Shown in pieces: positions 29,475 through 42,000 of a DNA stretch of 64,000 nt. Position 1 is the stretch's first letter, and every line of letters begins with the position of its first letter. Both the position numbers and the translations under genes were made by a program. A model generated the notes under the pieces. That model searched no databases and was not told where the DNA came from. It saw only the letters and a list, made by a program, of their open reading frames with translations. This stretch comes from Candidatus Poribacteria bacterium (GTDB lineage: Bacteria; Poribacteria; WGA-4E; WGA-3G), in the NCBI GenBank assembly GCA_963664215.1, contig OY761014.1; one strand, given 5' to 3'.

Positions 29475-29497
29475 AATAACATTTTTCCGTTTTCAAT

Positions 29498-29522
29498 GTG
29501 GGAAGGGTTTCCAACCCTGATC
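29498..29522 (+). repeat. GTGG-hairpin REP-like element (intergenic)
   Basis: gtgggaagggtttccaaccctgatc. Confidence 0.75.
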
Positions 29523-29549
29523 CCCCTACTTTCAAGACTTCAAAACTCT

Positions 29550-32500
29550 CTAATACCCCTGCCACCGAACAACACCACTACGACCCCCAACACCCAACAC
29601 GCCCCCCGCACCATCCGTAACATACACAGGTGCTTGAATCGCGGGTAACACCTCAATCGCCTGGGTAAGCGTGATCACCTGTCCATCCGCATCCGTCGCG
29701 GTATAGGTGTAATCCGTCTCCGCCATCACTGCAATCGGTGTGCCGCTGAGCGTCCGGGTCCTTGGATCAAACTTGAGTCCCTGGTCTCCAAGCGACGCTG
29801 AAAAGGTATAGGTAAATGCGTTTCCAATCGGACTTACCCCCGCCGGTAGCACGACAGGGGTCATCTCTACATACTGCACCAGCGTCAATTTTGGAAGTGT
29901 AGAAACCTCAAAAGTGGGTGCTACATCGTAATACAATGCATCTCCAAACCAGAGCGTCGTATTCCCACCAGCATCTACGAGGAACACCTGATCCCCACCG
30001 TCTGTTATAAGATATTCACGATTTGGGTCTGCCATTAGAACGACTTCCGGTGTAACCACAGGTGTCACCTGCCGCCCCCGGATCGTCGTGAATTCGCTAC
30101 CCGTCCGCACCGACATCACCTGCATCGCGATGAGATACCCTTCAACTTCCGGGGCATCCGCGAGATACTTAAAACAGACAATCTCGCCTAAGTTCACGGC
30201 ATAGAACGCACGCACCCTGACATTGATGAGGTACGCTAAATCCTTGAAACGCTCCAGATACTGCTTAGAAATAAACTCTACCCACGGCAACTCGTGTTCT
30301 GTTGTGCTTAACGCCAACTGCAACGGATTCGACCCGAATTGCGACTGACTCGCTGCGTCTAACACCCGACTCCGAACAGGGGATCCCTCTTCAATCGAGT
30401 TATAGAGATGATCGGAATCCAAGGAGACGGTTACCTCCAAATACGGTTCGGACGACCGCATTGTGTTTCGTGCCTCGATTGGACGGTGAACAAACGTAAT
30501 AAGTGCATCCTTCGGATGCTCTTCAATCGACGTTGCTAATTCACCGCGGGAAATACCTGTAAAGTGCGTTGCTGTCCGACCCCTATACCGCACCAATTCC
30601 GAACCGATGAGCAGATACCCCGTCGCCGGGAACGCATGATTCGCAAACGCATACGCGATTTCTGTGTCAGCGACCCCTACGGTTTCCGCTGCCACGAACG
30701 CACCGCGGGCCCGACGGTTCTGTAAACTTAAGATGTTCTTGTCAATGGAGACCGTCGCACCGACGGTCGTCGCCAGCGATGTCAAGACCTCCGAGATAGA
30801 ACCCTCTGTCGGGAGCACCGGCACTTTGTAACGGTATTTCCTCCCAAACGAGAACCATTGCCAATTCTCAGGTCGAGACGCATCGCTTTCGGGCTGCCCT
30901 ATCGATGCCGGGTCCCCATATCCCATCACGAAATGTAAATCGTTGTCGAAACTTAAGCCCCGCATCGGGAGCTGTCCGCCGTAGGCACGATCGTTATCAA
31001 AATAGACGTTCCCAAGCGTTTCGATCTCGCCTGTCGCATGAATCCGTTTCAAAAAGCCTTTCGCCTCGGACGCATCAAACACAATATCGCGATTGCGCGC
31101 TTCAAATAGATAAGACACCGCGGGCGACTCTACGAAATAGACCTCCCCATCGTGTTTCGTTAGCATACACGGTCCGTATTGCACGAAATCATACTTCGCT
31201 AATGCCCGGAACTCCTCCGTCACCTGGTTATACCGATACAGTATCACACCCGCATCCGTGCTGATGTCCCGACCATTACGGCTCACCGGCACGATTAAGT
31301 AGATGTTATCACCGTCTACAAGCACTTCATGCACCCCAAGCCACGCGCCCTCCTCAGCGTCGTCAAACTCCCTGAGATGATATAGGTCTTGAGTCCGCTC
31401 GAAAATAAGTGTAGGCGCTGCGGGCGGTGGTTCCGGTTGGAAGGCAGCATTACCATCAAAGGTTTCTGTAAGTGTGATATACTCAAAATCCCCTGACCCA
31501 TTGAATTTGACTTCAAGGTACTGTGCCTGACCCCATAGATGCTCGTAATGCCAGACTTCAATAAAGAAATCATCTCCTGCATCAATATCCGCTGACGCTA
31601 AACTCAATACGGTGGAAGTATCACCGTTTGAATTATAACTTGTTATCGCGTATTCGGCATACCGCGTTGGGGATGCAGGGAAATTTCCATCGCTGTCCGG
31701 TTTAACAACCGCCCATTTCCCTCCATCGTCAAAGGCACCAAATAGCTTATACTGGATACTTGTCAGATCCACTGTTGCACGGAGCCTCACGTGATACCGA
31801 CACCAATAATAATCATTTTCCGGGAGAACCCCTGAAAGATTTGATGAGATAACAGAGATTGTATCCTGAGGGGAGGCAGCCGCTATCGTTTCAAGTTGGG
31901 CATAGGTTCGGACACCTGACCTGTCTGCACCCGTTACATGCCAAACTTCTAATTCTCCAATACGCGTCGGGGGCAGTATCGGTAATCGTTTCTCAATCCT
32001 CAATGTGCTGGTCGTATCAGTCCCTTCTACCGACGCAAAGAAGACATCCTCTGACTCCATCATATCAAAGGCGAAATTCAAGTGGTTCTGATACGCATCT
32101 TTATTGCGGGTAAAGAGTGCTGAGACACTGCCATCCGATTCTCGACACGCCACACCGAATTTTGTGCCTTTCGCATACCGATAGACAAAACTTCCTTCAT
32201 TTGAGGTAAATCTGAACCCATCGCGCACGCCACGCGTGATCCCGCGCCAGATGTAATCCAAACCGCTTACACCCACCCAGTAATGCAACCCCATTTGTGG
32301 ACGAAACGCTGTCTCTTTTTCAATAAGAGGTTTATAGTGATGCACGCTCTGCTGGTAAAAGACGATCTGCGTGTTCTCGGATACACTCGCGTCATATCCG
32401 AGAGCCACCGATTGGGGGACCTTCGGGACAGGGTTCACGCTTCGGTCGAAGTCTGTCGCATCCGTCACTATTACCCCAAAGGTGTCAAAATCCCAACTTG

Positions 32501-35279
32501 CTAAACTCAAAACTGTAAGTGCCGGATCGAATTCATATAGAACCTGGTGCGTCTCGTTTTTTACGTCATAGCACACCAACGCATCCGATATATAATTTAC
32601 AGGGTTCGAGAGTAGATAGTAAATTACACCGTTCTCGTCGTCTACGATCCAATCCACTGGATACCGCAGCAATCTACCCCGTTCTACTGGGAAGGCGAGG
32701 TTCCCGTTTGAACGGATATGCGCTGCGAGAAAGTGCGAGGGGTTTCCAACTGTGGGAGGGGTTTGTAACCCCGAATCCCTCTCTTCTATGCGGGCATCCA
32801 CTGTCAATAAGACGGGTTCCTGTTTGACGAGTTTCTCTACGGCTGCCTGCGGCGAGAGATACCGATGCGGGGTTTGCGTTTTCACCAATACGGGGATCGG
32901 CGTTCTGTCCTCTGATACCGATAGATACCCGCCCTGGGTTCGCACCTCCGCCTCGGTCATAAATGCCGTGTCGTCTTCCGTCACGCCTTCGGGCGCGTTC
33001 TGAATCGCTTTCAGGGTCAAGGTCCGTGTGTGAACGTCTACAGCCGACCCTTTCGGGATCATCTCACCAAACGTGCCTTCCACCGTATAGCGTCCCTCCG
33101 CAACGGGAACCTCCTGCACCTCTTCATCGGCAGCGGGGAGCTCCAGTAGCTTCGGCACACCCGCCACTGTCTCGGAGACCTGTAGGTTCTTCAAAACATA
33201 ACTCGAATCTATGCACTGTAAACCGACCCTGCCTACGCCTAACCGGTCATCCACTTCGAAGATAACGCCTTTAAAAATCTCTTTCGACTGGGCGCTCTCA
33301 TCGGGTAACCGGAGGTTCACAAATACTTGCACCTCGTTGAGATACCCGCTCTCGTTGAGCGAATGCGTCTTCCAAAACGAGTCCGGGTTCGTTTCATTGA
33401 AATACCCACCGTTCTCGGAATCGCTACGCAGTGTCACCACGCACCGTCCACGCGTGAACTGGTTCAGCCGCACCCAGTCCAAGTTGTTGCTTATCTCTGG
33501 GAGATTCTCGCCATCGAGGTGTGCCGTTACGTCTATGCCCTCGATAAACACTTCATACCCCTGAACGTCCGTTATGGATACCAATTCCGGTTCCGATAGC
33601 ACGGTTACCCCAAATGCTGTGTCCGCAAAGAACCCCTGTCGTGTTCCCGCCCGCAACGCTACTTGATGGGTTGTGGGAGGGGTTTCTGTGGGAAGGGTTT
33701 CCAACCCTGATTCATCTGTGGGAGAGGTTTTCAACCTCGAATTCCTTATCTCAAGCCCTTCAGGCACCGTCGACCCATACACCCATTCCACGAAATCCGC
33801 GCCCTCAACATACTCCAAAAGGTTCACTTCTTGCACCAAACCGAGCGTCATTGTAGATATTTCTTTCCAGACAGGGACCTCTACCCCCGTGACGCTCACA
33901 TAAAAACCACAAGCGTTGAGAGCAGTTCCACCAATGGTATTGATGCCTCGCAACTGGATATACGCAGAACTCTCAACGGCTGCGTCCTCCGAAATTACCA
34001 AATACCGGTTCCCTTCTATTGATAGCCAGTCTGGCATCTCAAAGCCAACATCAAAGACGACATCGGTGGCATTGTGCATGAACTTGAACAGGTCTAACCG
34101 TTCTCCTGGGACAACCGCCTGCGGATAGATTGCACCGATAGGCTGCGGCAACGTCCATACCGAGACATCAAGGAAATGTAACTGACCACGTGCGTCATAC
34201 CGAAATAGGAATCCTTGAAAGTAAAATAGAGAGAGTGTAGCGTAGGTGATGAATTGGCGTGGCATCGGTATTCGTCGACTCGGTACTAATTCATACGCAT
34301 CGTTGTAGACATAGATGTAATGATCGCCTGTTGACCGAGGCTCAATATAGATGTTGTTCTGGCCACTTGCAAGATACCACGCGACATTCTCAGGTAACGC
34401 GTCATAGTCTCCGTCTGAAAGCGACACAGCGTCATAAGATTTACCGGATAGATCGTCGTCTTTAAGAATTCCAGCATGTATATCTTCTATGGGGATGACT
34501 TGAATTCCTCGTTCGTCTTCTGTTTTAGTAATGAGTAGCCTTCCGTCTTCGGTGAGTGTCCATGCTTGTTGTGAAGCGGTTATTGTTTGAAGTGTATCCT
34601 CCGCAGATTCCCATTGTTTTACGTGATCCTGTTCAGTTATGAGTTCTTCGTCCCTTCGCACAAGATATGTTTCAACATCGAGTCGTAATGCGATTTCGTC
34701 TTCGGTGAGTGTGTAAGTTGCATCGGTGTCTTGATTTCCTGTCCAGTCGTAGACGTGGATATTTCGACTATCTCGTAAATAGATATGTTCGCTATCAATA
34801 GATACAATTTGGTCATAGGGTTGATTGTTGGGGGTATCAGGGTCAGTATCTGTACTAAATAGAAGCCCCCAATCCGATTTTGGAAAATCATCGCTATAGC
34901 GCACCGTCACCACTGTTTCAGGGTTACCCTCCGCGACAGTATTCTCAGGCACCGTGAGTGTCACCTGCCCCGCACCACCAGACCCTGGAAACCGTAAGGT
35001 TGCCGCGTAGGCGCATCCTTTTCCGGTTAGCGCACTAACAAATGATACCTCCTCTGAGATGTCAGTGCCGGTGTCGTCCTCAGCGGTTAAGATTACATTT
35101 GCCAGAGAGAAGTCTGTTACGTTTGCTTCAAACGCGAACAGCACCGTGACATCATTTTTCTCTACCGGGTCTGGTGGATCCGCTTCCAGATCCACCTCCG
35201 TCAGATACAATGTGGGAGCGGTTTGTAACCGCGATTCCATAGGTCTTGGAATGGTAAGGATTTGTAGTTCCATATTCAT
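29550..35279 (-). CDS. Large tail-tip/host-recognition protein (1909 aa) with Ig-like domains
   Basis: Downstream of the tape measure; N-terminal Ig-like region (VTLTVPENTV); C-terminal putative-Ig (GLKFDPRTRTLSGTP..YTYTATDADG). Confidence 0.7.
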   Translation of the reverse strand: MNMELQILTIPRPMESRLQTAPTLYLTEVDLEADPPDPVEKNDVTVLFAFEANVTDFSLANVILTAEDDTGTDISEEVSFVSALTGKGCAYAATLRFPGSGGAGQVTLTVPENTVAEGNPETVVTVRYSDDFPKSDWGLLFSTDTDPDTPNNQPYDQIVSIDSEHIYLRDSRNIHVYDWTGNQDTDATYTLTEDEIALRLDVETYLVRRDEELITEQDHVKQWESAEDTLQTITASQQAWTLTEDGRLLITKTEDERGIQVIPIEDIHAGILKDDDLSGKSYDAVSLSDGDYDALPENVAWYLASGQNNIYIEPRSTGDHYIYVYNDAYELVPSRRIPMPRQFITYATLSLFYFQGFLFRYDARGQLHFLDVSVWTLPQPIGAIYPQAVVPGERLDLFKFMHNATDVVFDVGFEMPDWLSIEGNRYLVISEDAAVESSAYIQLRGINTIGGTALNACGFYVSVTGVEVPVWKEISTMTLGLVQEVNLLEYVEGADFVEWVYGSTVPEGLEIRNSRLKTSPTDESGLETLPTETPPTTHQVALRAGTRQGFFADTAFGVTVLSEPELVSITDVQGYEVFIEGIDVTAHLDGENLPEISNNLDWVRLNQFTRGRCVVTLRSDSENGGYFNETNPDSFWKTHSLNESGYLNEVQVFVNLRLPDESAQSKEIFKGVIFEVDDRLGVGRVGLQCIDSSYVLKNLQVSETVAGVPKLLELPAADEEVQEVPVAEGRYTVEGTFGEMIPKGSAVDVHTRTLTLKAIQNAPEGVTEDDTAFMTEAEVRTQGGYLSVSEDRTPIPVLVKTQTPHRYLSPQAAVEKLVKQEPVLLTVDARIEERDSGLQTPPTVGNPSHFLAAHIRSNGNLAFPVERGRLLRYPVDWIVDDENGVIYYLLSNPVNYISDALVCYDVKNETHQVLYEFDPALTVLSLASWDFDTFGVIVTDATDFDRSVNPVPKVPQSVALGYDASVSENTQIVFYQQSVHHYKPLIEKETAFRPQMGLHYWVGVSGLDYIWRGITRGVRDGFRFTSNEGSFVYRYAKGTKFGVACRESDGSVSALFTRNKDAYQNHLNFAFDMMESEDVFFASVEGTDTTSTLRIEKRLPILPPTRIGELEVWHVTGADRSGVRTYAQLETIAAASPQDTISVISSNLSGVLPENDYYWCRYHVRLRATVDLTSIQYKLFGAFDDGGKWAVVKPDSDGNFPASPTRYAEYAITSYNSNGDTSTVLSLASADIDAGDDFFIEVWHYEHLWGQAQYLEVKFNGSGDFEYITLTETFDGNAAFQPEPPPAAPTLIFERTQDLYHLREFDDAEEGAWLGVHEVLVDGDNIYLIVPVSRNGRDISTDAGVILYRYNQVTEEFRALAKYDFVQYGPCMLTKHDGEVYFVESPAVSYLFEARNRDIVFDASEAKGFLKRIHATGEIETLGNVYFDNDRAYGGQLPMRGLSFDNDLHFVMGYGDPASIGQPESDASRPENWQWFSFGRKYRYKVPVLPTEGSISEVLTSLATTVGATVSIDKNILSLQNRRARGAFVAAETVGVADTEIAYAFANHAFPATGYLLIGSELVRYRGRTATHFTGISRGELATSIEEHPKDALITFVHRPIEARNTMRSSEPYLEVTVSLDSDHLYNSIEEGSPVRSRVLDAASQSQFGSNPLQLALSTTEHELPWVEFISKQYLERFKDLAYLINVRVRAFYAVNLGEIVCFKYLADAPEVEGYLIAMQVMSVRTGSEFTTIRGRQVTPVVTPEVVLMADPNREYLITDGGDQVFLVDAGGNTTLWFGDALYYDVAPTFEVSTLPKLTLVQYVEMTPVVLPAGVSPIGNAFTYTFSASLGDQGLKFDPRTRTLSGTPIAVMAETDYTYTATDADGQVITLTQAIEVLPAIQAPVYVTDGAGGVLGVGGRSGVVRWQGY
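32733..32778 (+). repeat. REP-like pair in frame within the tail-tip gene
   Basis: gtgcgaggggtttccaactgtgggaggggtttgtaaccccgaatcc, read on the - strand as DSGLQTPPTVGNPSH. Confidence 0.8.
33673..33745 (+). repeat. REP-like triplet in frame within the tail-tip gene
   Basis: Encodes NSRLKTSPTDESGLETLPTETPPT on the - strand. Confidence 0.85.
35212..35238 (+). repeat. REP-like element in frame at the tail-tip gene N-terminus
   Basis: gtgggagcggtttgtaaccgcgattcc (compensatory gcgg/ccgc stem), read as ESRLQTAPT. Confidence 0.75.
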
Positions 35280-35282
35280 GCA

Positions 35283-36044
35283 CTACGGTGTTTTTAAATT
35301 AAGTGTCAATCTATGTCCTTCAATTTTAAATATATCGGTCTTGAAACCTGATTCAGCCCATCCAAAAAAACTTGTATTAGACGCTTTCCAAACGGTAGGG
35401 ACTTTGCTTGTGCCTGCAAATTTAATGACCTCCCCGCCTGATTGTTGTGTCGCGAACCATCGGTCTTTAAATACGATAATGCTTTCATCATGGGCATAAC
35501 CGTCGGGGTTTCTGGGGGAATATGGATCGCGACCCTTATAGATTTCAAATGCAAAATACCCATCATTGAAATTGTGGCGGGTTATGCCTTGCTTTATATC
35601 CAGCTGAATAGGGTTGGTTATACTTGAGATGGGAATATCGTCATTACTTGTTACTTCATATAGCGTTACAGTTTCAAGTTGCAATTGCAGCGGGTTCACG
35701 GCTTGCAGTGCCTTATGTAGAATCGACATACCGAATTTTCGGATACGTCCGGATGCCGTTTCATTATGGACGGCTGCCAGGATAGCGTTTGAAAACTCGG
35801 TGCTTGCCAAGACAGACACGTCTTTGAGAGGGGTCGCACTCACATCAGAGCCGATTTTTAGCCAATTGGTGCCATAATACCGATATTCGCTCCCAACCGC
35901 AATCGCTGTCTCTGTTGTTGTGCCGTCTACTTTTTTGAGAGTGCTTGGAATCCCTGTGGTAATCGCCGCGGAAAACCGAATAATATCACCCGCCGCCGGC
36001 GATGCAGGAATCGCTGAGATTGCGCTAATCAAATGAACTGCCAT
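35283..36044 (-). CDS. Hypothetical virion-associated protein
   Basis: 253-aa ORF between the tape measure and tail-tip genes; visibly AT-richer. Confidence 0.6.
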   Translation of the reverse strand: MAVHLISAISAIPASPAAGDIIRFSAAITTGIPSTLKKVDGTTTETAIAVGSEYRYYGTNWLKIGSDVSATPLKDVSVLASTEFSNAILAAVHNETASGRIRKFGMSILHKALQAVNPLQLQLETVTLYEVTSNDDIPISSITNPIQLDIKQGITRHNFNDGYFAFEIYKGRDPYSPRNPDGYAHDESIIVFKDRWFATQQSGGEVIKFAGTSKVPTVWKASNTSFFGWAESGFKTDIFKIEGHRLTLNLKTP

Positions 36045-36080
36045 GATATTTCCCTTCCTTATTCGTGTGCTAAACTTTCT

Positions 36081-39000
36081 TCAGATATTCACCCGTCCAT
36101 TGAGTTGCTCCGTCCGAGACTGTTGCTCCAACAGAATATTATCGTTCAACGTTACAGGCACTGTAACCTCAATCGTTTGCGGGGGCGCAGCAGCAGGCGC
36201 ACGACTCGGTAAAGCAAGTCCCCCTGACACATGCACCGTGTTCCCCGACACACTGATCGTATCCGCAGTCAACACCGACGGGGACACGGGCTCCGCAAAC
36301 ATAGCTATCGCGTCTTCGATTTTCGCTGTCAATTCTAACGGGTCTACCGCTAAGCCCCCATTCAAAGTGGACAGCCCTTCCACCGTCGCCCGCAAATCCG
36401 CAGCAGGCTCCCCAAGCGCATCTACAATATCACTGAATGTCTCCGAGACCGTCTCAATACGCCCCAAGGGTCCAACAATATCCGGTAACGTCCCAACGGC
36501 TGCGTTTGCCGCCGTCGTCGCATCTCTTGCCGCAATCGCTGCATCGTTTGCCGCCGTCGCTGCGTCTTTTGAGGCAACCGCCGCATCCGAAGATACCATT
36601 ACCGCATCCGATTCAGGTTGCAAAAGCGGCGCGAGTGCCTCGCTCAGTGCCGTTGCCGTCGCCTGTGCTTGTGTTTCGATGTCCGCACGCTCGGTCTCCG
36701 TCCGTGCCTCCACATCCGCAACCGATCGCTGGTTCTGGAGATACTCATCCAGCCCGCGCCGTCCAAACACCCGTTCAATAAAGTTCTCATCCGTCAACCC
36801 ACCGCTTTCCAACTCCTGCCGATAGAAGTCGTACCCTGGACTTCCCGGTGTCAGGATCCCGAACTCCGTTTGGAAGTCCTGTACATCCCGATCCCGCTGA
36901 CGGTTTAGATCAAAAAGTTCCCGCTGATACGTGTCGTCCTCCGTAAGACGAGATCGCTGATCCGCTGTGAGATCCCCGAACTCCTCATCGAACAACCGCC
37001 GTGCCGTCTCTGTTTGTAAATCTTGGAGGTCGCGCTGATACTCCCGCTGGATGTCCTCTGCCGTCTGATTCCGATCCCGTTGTAAATCGTCAAGGTCTTC
37101 ATGGAACTGTTCTTCCAACGCAAGAAGACGGTCCTTGTGAGCTTCGTTCAATTTCTCAATCGCGTCTAAACGGTCTGCCTCGTTCTCTATCTGCGCGTCG
37201 CGCACCTCTTCAATCTCATCTTGCCGACGTGCCTCACGTGCGATCGCATCCTCGCGGAGTCGTTCTATCTCGGCTTGTGCACTTTCTTCGTCTCGGAGTC
37301 GATCCCGCGTAAACTGGTTCTGGGCAGTCGTCGCTCTACGCAACGCCTGCTCACGCCGCAACTGGTTGTCTTGGCGTAAGTTTTTTAGTGCTGTCTCGGA
37401 TAACGCTAATTCATCGATACGTTTCAGCTCATTGTCATAAAAAGCATTGATCGCACGGATCAGTGAACGCCTCGCCTCTTCAAAGCCCCGTTCCGTCGTC
37501 GCACCTGTCAGATTGAAACGCGCCCGTGCAACCGCATTTTCCAATAGGTTCGATTCAGGTGTGTCTTCAAGACGCGTGCGTGGCGGTGCGACCTCTTCTG
37601 TAGGGGTATCTGCTGTGGGAGGGGTTTCTAACCCCGATTCCCTTGTGGGAGAGGTTTCTAACCCCGACTCCCTGATTGCTAATGCCGTGCCTTGTAGAAA
37701 CCCCGAAGCCTCCGTAAATGCGTTCTCTAACGCAAAGCCTACGTCCTCAAGATTGGAAACCAACCGTAGATTCGCATCAAAAAGCCGATCTGTGAACTCG
37801 TTGGTGTACCGCGTCCGCGCATTCGCTAACGCATCTTCCGTGAAGATACCCACACCCGCTTCTATAAACGCTAACTGCTGATCTCGATACGCGCTTTCCG
37901 CTTCACCGAGTCGTGTATACGCCGCCGTGATGTCCGCCGGTGCGCTGTCTTCGCCTAATAGACGGATGGCATTTTCTGCGGATGTAATGTCGCCTTGCAA
38001 CGTCCGAAGGTGGTCCCGCTGCTGTGCCGTGAATCGGAAAACCTCTGCTGGGGGTTCCGGTTCGACCTCTTCTGCTGTGGGAGGGGTATCTGCTGTGGGA
38101 GGGGTTTCTAACCCCGATTCCCCTGTGGGAGAGGTTTCTAACCCCAACTCCCTGATTGCTAACGCTGTGCCTTGTAGAAATCCTGAAGCCTCTGTAAATG
38201 CGTTCTCTAACGCAAAGCCGACATCCTCGAGATTGGAGACCAACCGCAGGTTCGCATCAAAAAGCCGATCCGTGAACTCGTCGGTATACCGTGTCCGCGC
38301 ATTCGCTAACGCATCCTCCGTAAAAAGTCCCACGCCCGCTTCTATAAACGCTAACTGCTGATCCCGATACGCCGTTTCTGCCGCACCGAGGCGTGTATAC
38401 GCTGCCGTGATTGCGGCTGGGGTGCTGTCTTCGCCTAATAGACGGATAGCGTTTTCTGCCGACGTAATGTCGCCTTGCAGCGTCCGAAGCAGGTCCCGCT
38501 GTGGTCCCGTGAATCGGAAAACCTCTGTCGGGGGTTCCGGTTCGAGAACTTGTGGTGTTTCCGTTGGCGCGTCGTCCCCAATCGGCTGCACGACCGCCTG
38601 CTCAGGTGCTTGAATGTCAACAATCTCTTCAGGAATCCGTTGCACTTGGAGTGCCGCCCCTGAAAGGATACCCGACATATTCCGGATCGCCGTTACTAAC
38701 TGGAATCCAACGGCTTCCAGAGCATCTAAGAGCTCGCCGTTCGCCGCTTCAATCTCGTTACCGAACCGCTGACCTGCAAGCGTCAACGCACGCTGTCTCG
38801 CGTCTTCCGTGATGTGCGTCGCGTCCGTGATGAAAGCAACGATTTGCGTCTGGACTGCTTCTTGCGCATTCGCTAAATCCGTGTATGCTCTGGTAATCTC
38901 TTGGGGTGTGCTGGTGGCATCGAGGTCATCCACAACGCCCTGTGCGATCGCAACAGTTTCCTCAAGCGGTGCTAACACCCGCCGCTGCTCCGGTGAAAGC

Positions 39001-42000
39001 CTGAAAATGTTTTCGAGTGCCTCGGTCGCCGCCGCTACGGTCTCTTCAACCACCGCCCCGACATCCGAAACGACATCCGAAACGCCTGTCCCTTGGGCTG
39101 CTGCGACTTCAGCCTCATACGCCGCCTCACCATACTGCGCACGGGCGACATCTTCTATCGCCTGTCTGTCCGTGCCAGTGGCTTCGGCAATCTGACGCGC
39201 AGTCAACTCACCTCTTTGCCCCTCGCTTTGCAGCTGACGGATAGTGTTTAATTGCTCGTTGCGTGCGTCGTTGAGCTCCTGGATGACATCAAATTGTTGG
39301 GTACCGAACAACGCATTGAAGATGTTCATCGCTTCCTGCTGCGCATCAAAAAATTGGTTCGTTGCATGCAGTGCCCTGTTCCTGAAATGGTCGACATTCT
39401 CACCTGTGGCAAGCGCATCTTCATAATCCGATACCGCGGCGTTCATCCCTTGCTGCAATTGCGTGGCGATCGGGTCAAAGATGTTCCGAAGATGTGTTTC
39501 GATGACATCTATATCCGTAATGCCGATCAGCTGCTCCAAAAGCGACTGGATAATCTGCCCATCGAAGTTCGTCGTGCCACCAGCCGTCTCTTGCGCCGAC
39601 CGAACCCCACGCGCAAAATGCCTGACGACCGCAAGACGCGCCTGCTCATCTTCAAAAGCGTCCCGGTTGCGCGCTTCAAAGTCTCTTCGCGCCTGCCTCG
39701 CTTCTTCGCCTTGCCTGAAAATATTATAGGGGAGTAGCACGGCTTGGGAAATGTCGCCTTGCGCAAACTTGACGAGACTCTCTACATTCTCCGCAACGTC
39801 CGATAACGCACTCCCGGAATCAAACGCAACATCCGCAAACGCCGTCGCAAGTTTACCTAACGCACCAATCGCATCTCCGATCGGGTCCTCTAAATCTCGA
39901 AACTTGTCACCCGCATCCGCCGTGCCGTCGGCAACTTCAGCCACGACCGTATCCAAACTCTCAAAAGCACGCTCGGTGAGTTCCGCGCCCTGTTTCGATG
40001 CATCCAGCGCAGTCGTCAAGTCCTCAACAGCAGGGGTTGTCTCTCTGTCAACGACATCCGTAAAGTCGATATGACTTCTTTTTGAGGTATCCAAGGCATC
40101 ACTGTAATCGTAAAGCCGTGCCTCCGCTTCCCGAAAATCCGCAGTCCCTGTCTTGACAGTCTCGCTGACTTGGTTTAAAGGGCCAAGCGCTGCGTCCGCA
40201 GCAACCGATGTCGCTTCTAACTCAGCAACATACGCCGCAAGCGGATCGTCTAACCCATCAAAGAACCCGGCAGTGTGCAACGCTTCTAACTCGGCTTGAT
40301 GATCGACCACCGAAACCGTCGCAAGGTCCACCGCTGTCGTGTATTCACCGACTTCACCCGCCGCAACTCGCCAGAAATCATCGAACCCTTCTAATTCTTG
40401 GTTGAGATTCTCAAATTCCCGGATATGCCGCTGCGCCGCCGAAATCACACCCAAATATTCTGTGAACGCAACCGCGGCGGTCTTGACGGCTGTTCCCTGT
40501 TCTTCTGTTGCGGCTGTCGTCGCATCCGTCCCATCCTTCAGTGTGCCTAACCGGGATGTCGCCTTGTCGATCTCCGTGTTGAGTTCAGACTGGCGATCTT
40601 TCGCGGCACCCAATTGACGCTCATATTGCTCGATCGCAGGGTTCGTCTCACCAACTGCCGTGTCTTTCGCATTCTGGAGCAACCCTTCATACCGTTCGAC
40701 CTCCGCATTCGCGCTCCGAAGCTCTGTCTGTAAGTCCGAAAGCCGCGCCTGCTGCTCCTGTGCCAACGTCGCATTCTCACCTAACGCCGCCGATGCACCC
40801 CCGAACGCCATCTCCAGTTTCTCGATCTCTGCCGTCAATTCCGGGACACGCGCACGTGCCGTTTCAAGCAGCCGCGCAAACTGTTCCGTTGACTGATTCG
40901 AGATGCCGGCTTCCGATGCTTTCCGTAGCTCTTCCTCATACCGCGCTATATTCGCAGTCGTCTGCTCCAGTTCAGTCTGTAATGCCTTGAGTCTCGCACG
41001 CCCCACATCTCCTGCAGTCGCATGTTCTTCAAGTGCCGCCGTCGCCGATGCCACGGATTGCGCCAACCGATCCGTCGACTCGGACGCTTGGGCACCCTCG
41101 TCGCGCCAGAACATTATGAACTCTACAGCATCTGCCACCCCGCCGATGAAAGCCGTCAGGTGATCCGAAAGTTGTGCTATGCCTGCCCCAAGCGCGCCGA
41201 TAGCATACGCAGTTCCCTGTATAATAGGATTCAAGAGATTCACCAGCGCACCGGCAAGTTCTAAGACCTCGCCTAACAACCCGCCAAGTGAATCCGCTAA
41301 CGCACCGATAGGGGGTCCCACTATCCGAATCAGCGCACCCCCGAGCTCCTGCAATGCCTCGAACAGCGACTGCGCACCCGCAATAATCTCCTGTATCGGT
41401 TCCGGCAACGTCGAAACATCTTTCGTGCCAACACGAACCACATCCAGGAATTCCGATAACACACGTGCAGCATCCGTAATGGTCGGGAGGAACAGGTCCC
41501 CAATTGCCGCTTTGGTCAGAAGTATCGAGTTCTGGAGTGTGTCTATTACAACGATATAACTGTCCGCGGGCGGAGCATCAAAACGTCTTGATAACTCATC
41601 AAACGTCGGAATCAACAGGTCCCGGATGCTCCCCCCAACTCTCCGATACGCCGCATGCAATCCCTCAAGGTTCGCTTCTACACCGTGAACATCGCCAAGT
41701 GCCTCCAAGAAGCCAGGAATTTGTTGCACGATGGTGCGAAAGTCGCGGAAGTCAACTTTCCCCAGCTGCACTGCCTGGATCAACTGCTCCATCGCTAACG
41801 AAGCCGTCGACGCATTGCCACCCAAGGACACAATCGTCTGACCGACCGTCAACAGAATCTTGTCTGTGTCCTCCGCACCTAACCCCGCGGCACGGAGTCT
41901 ATTGGAGTAACGCGTCAACGCTTCAAAGTTCAACCCCGGCAAGTTCGCAATCTCAATCAGAGACTCAAGCCGTTTCTCTGCTGCTTCCGAACTCCCTTCA

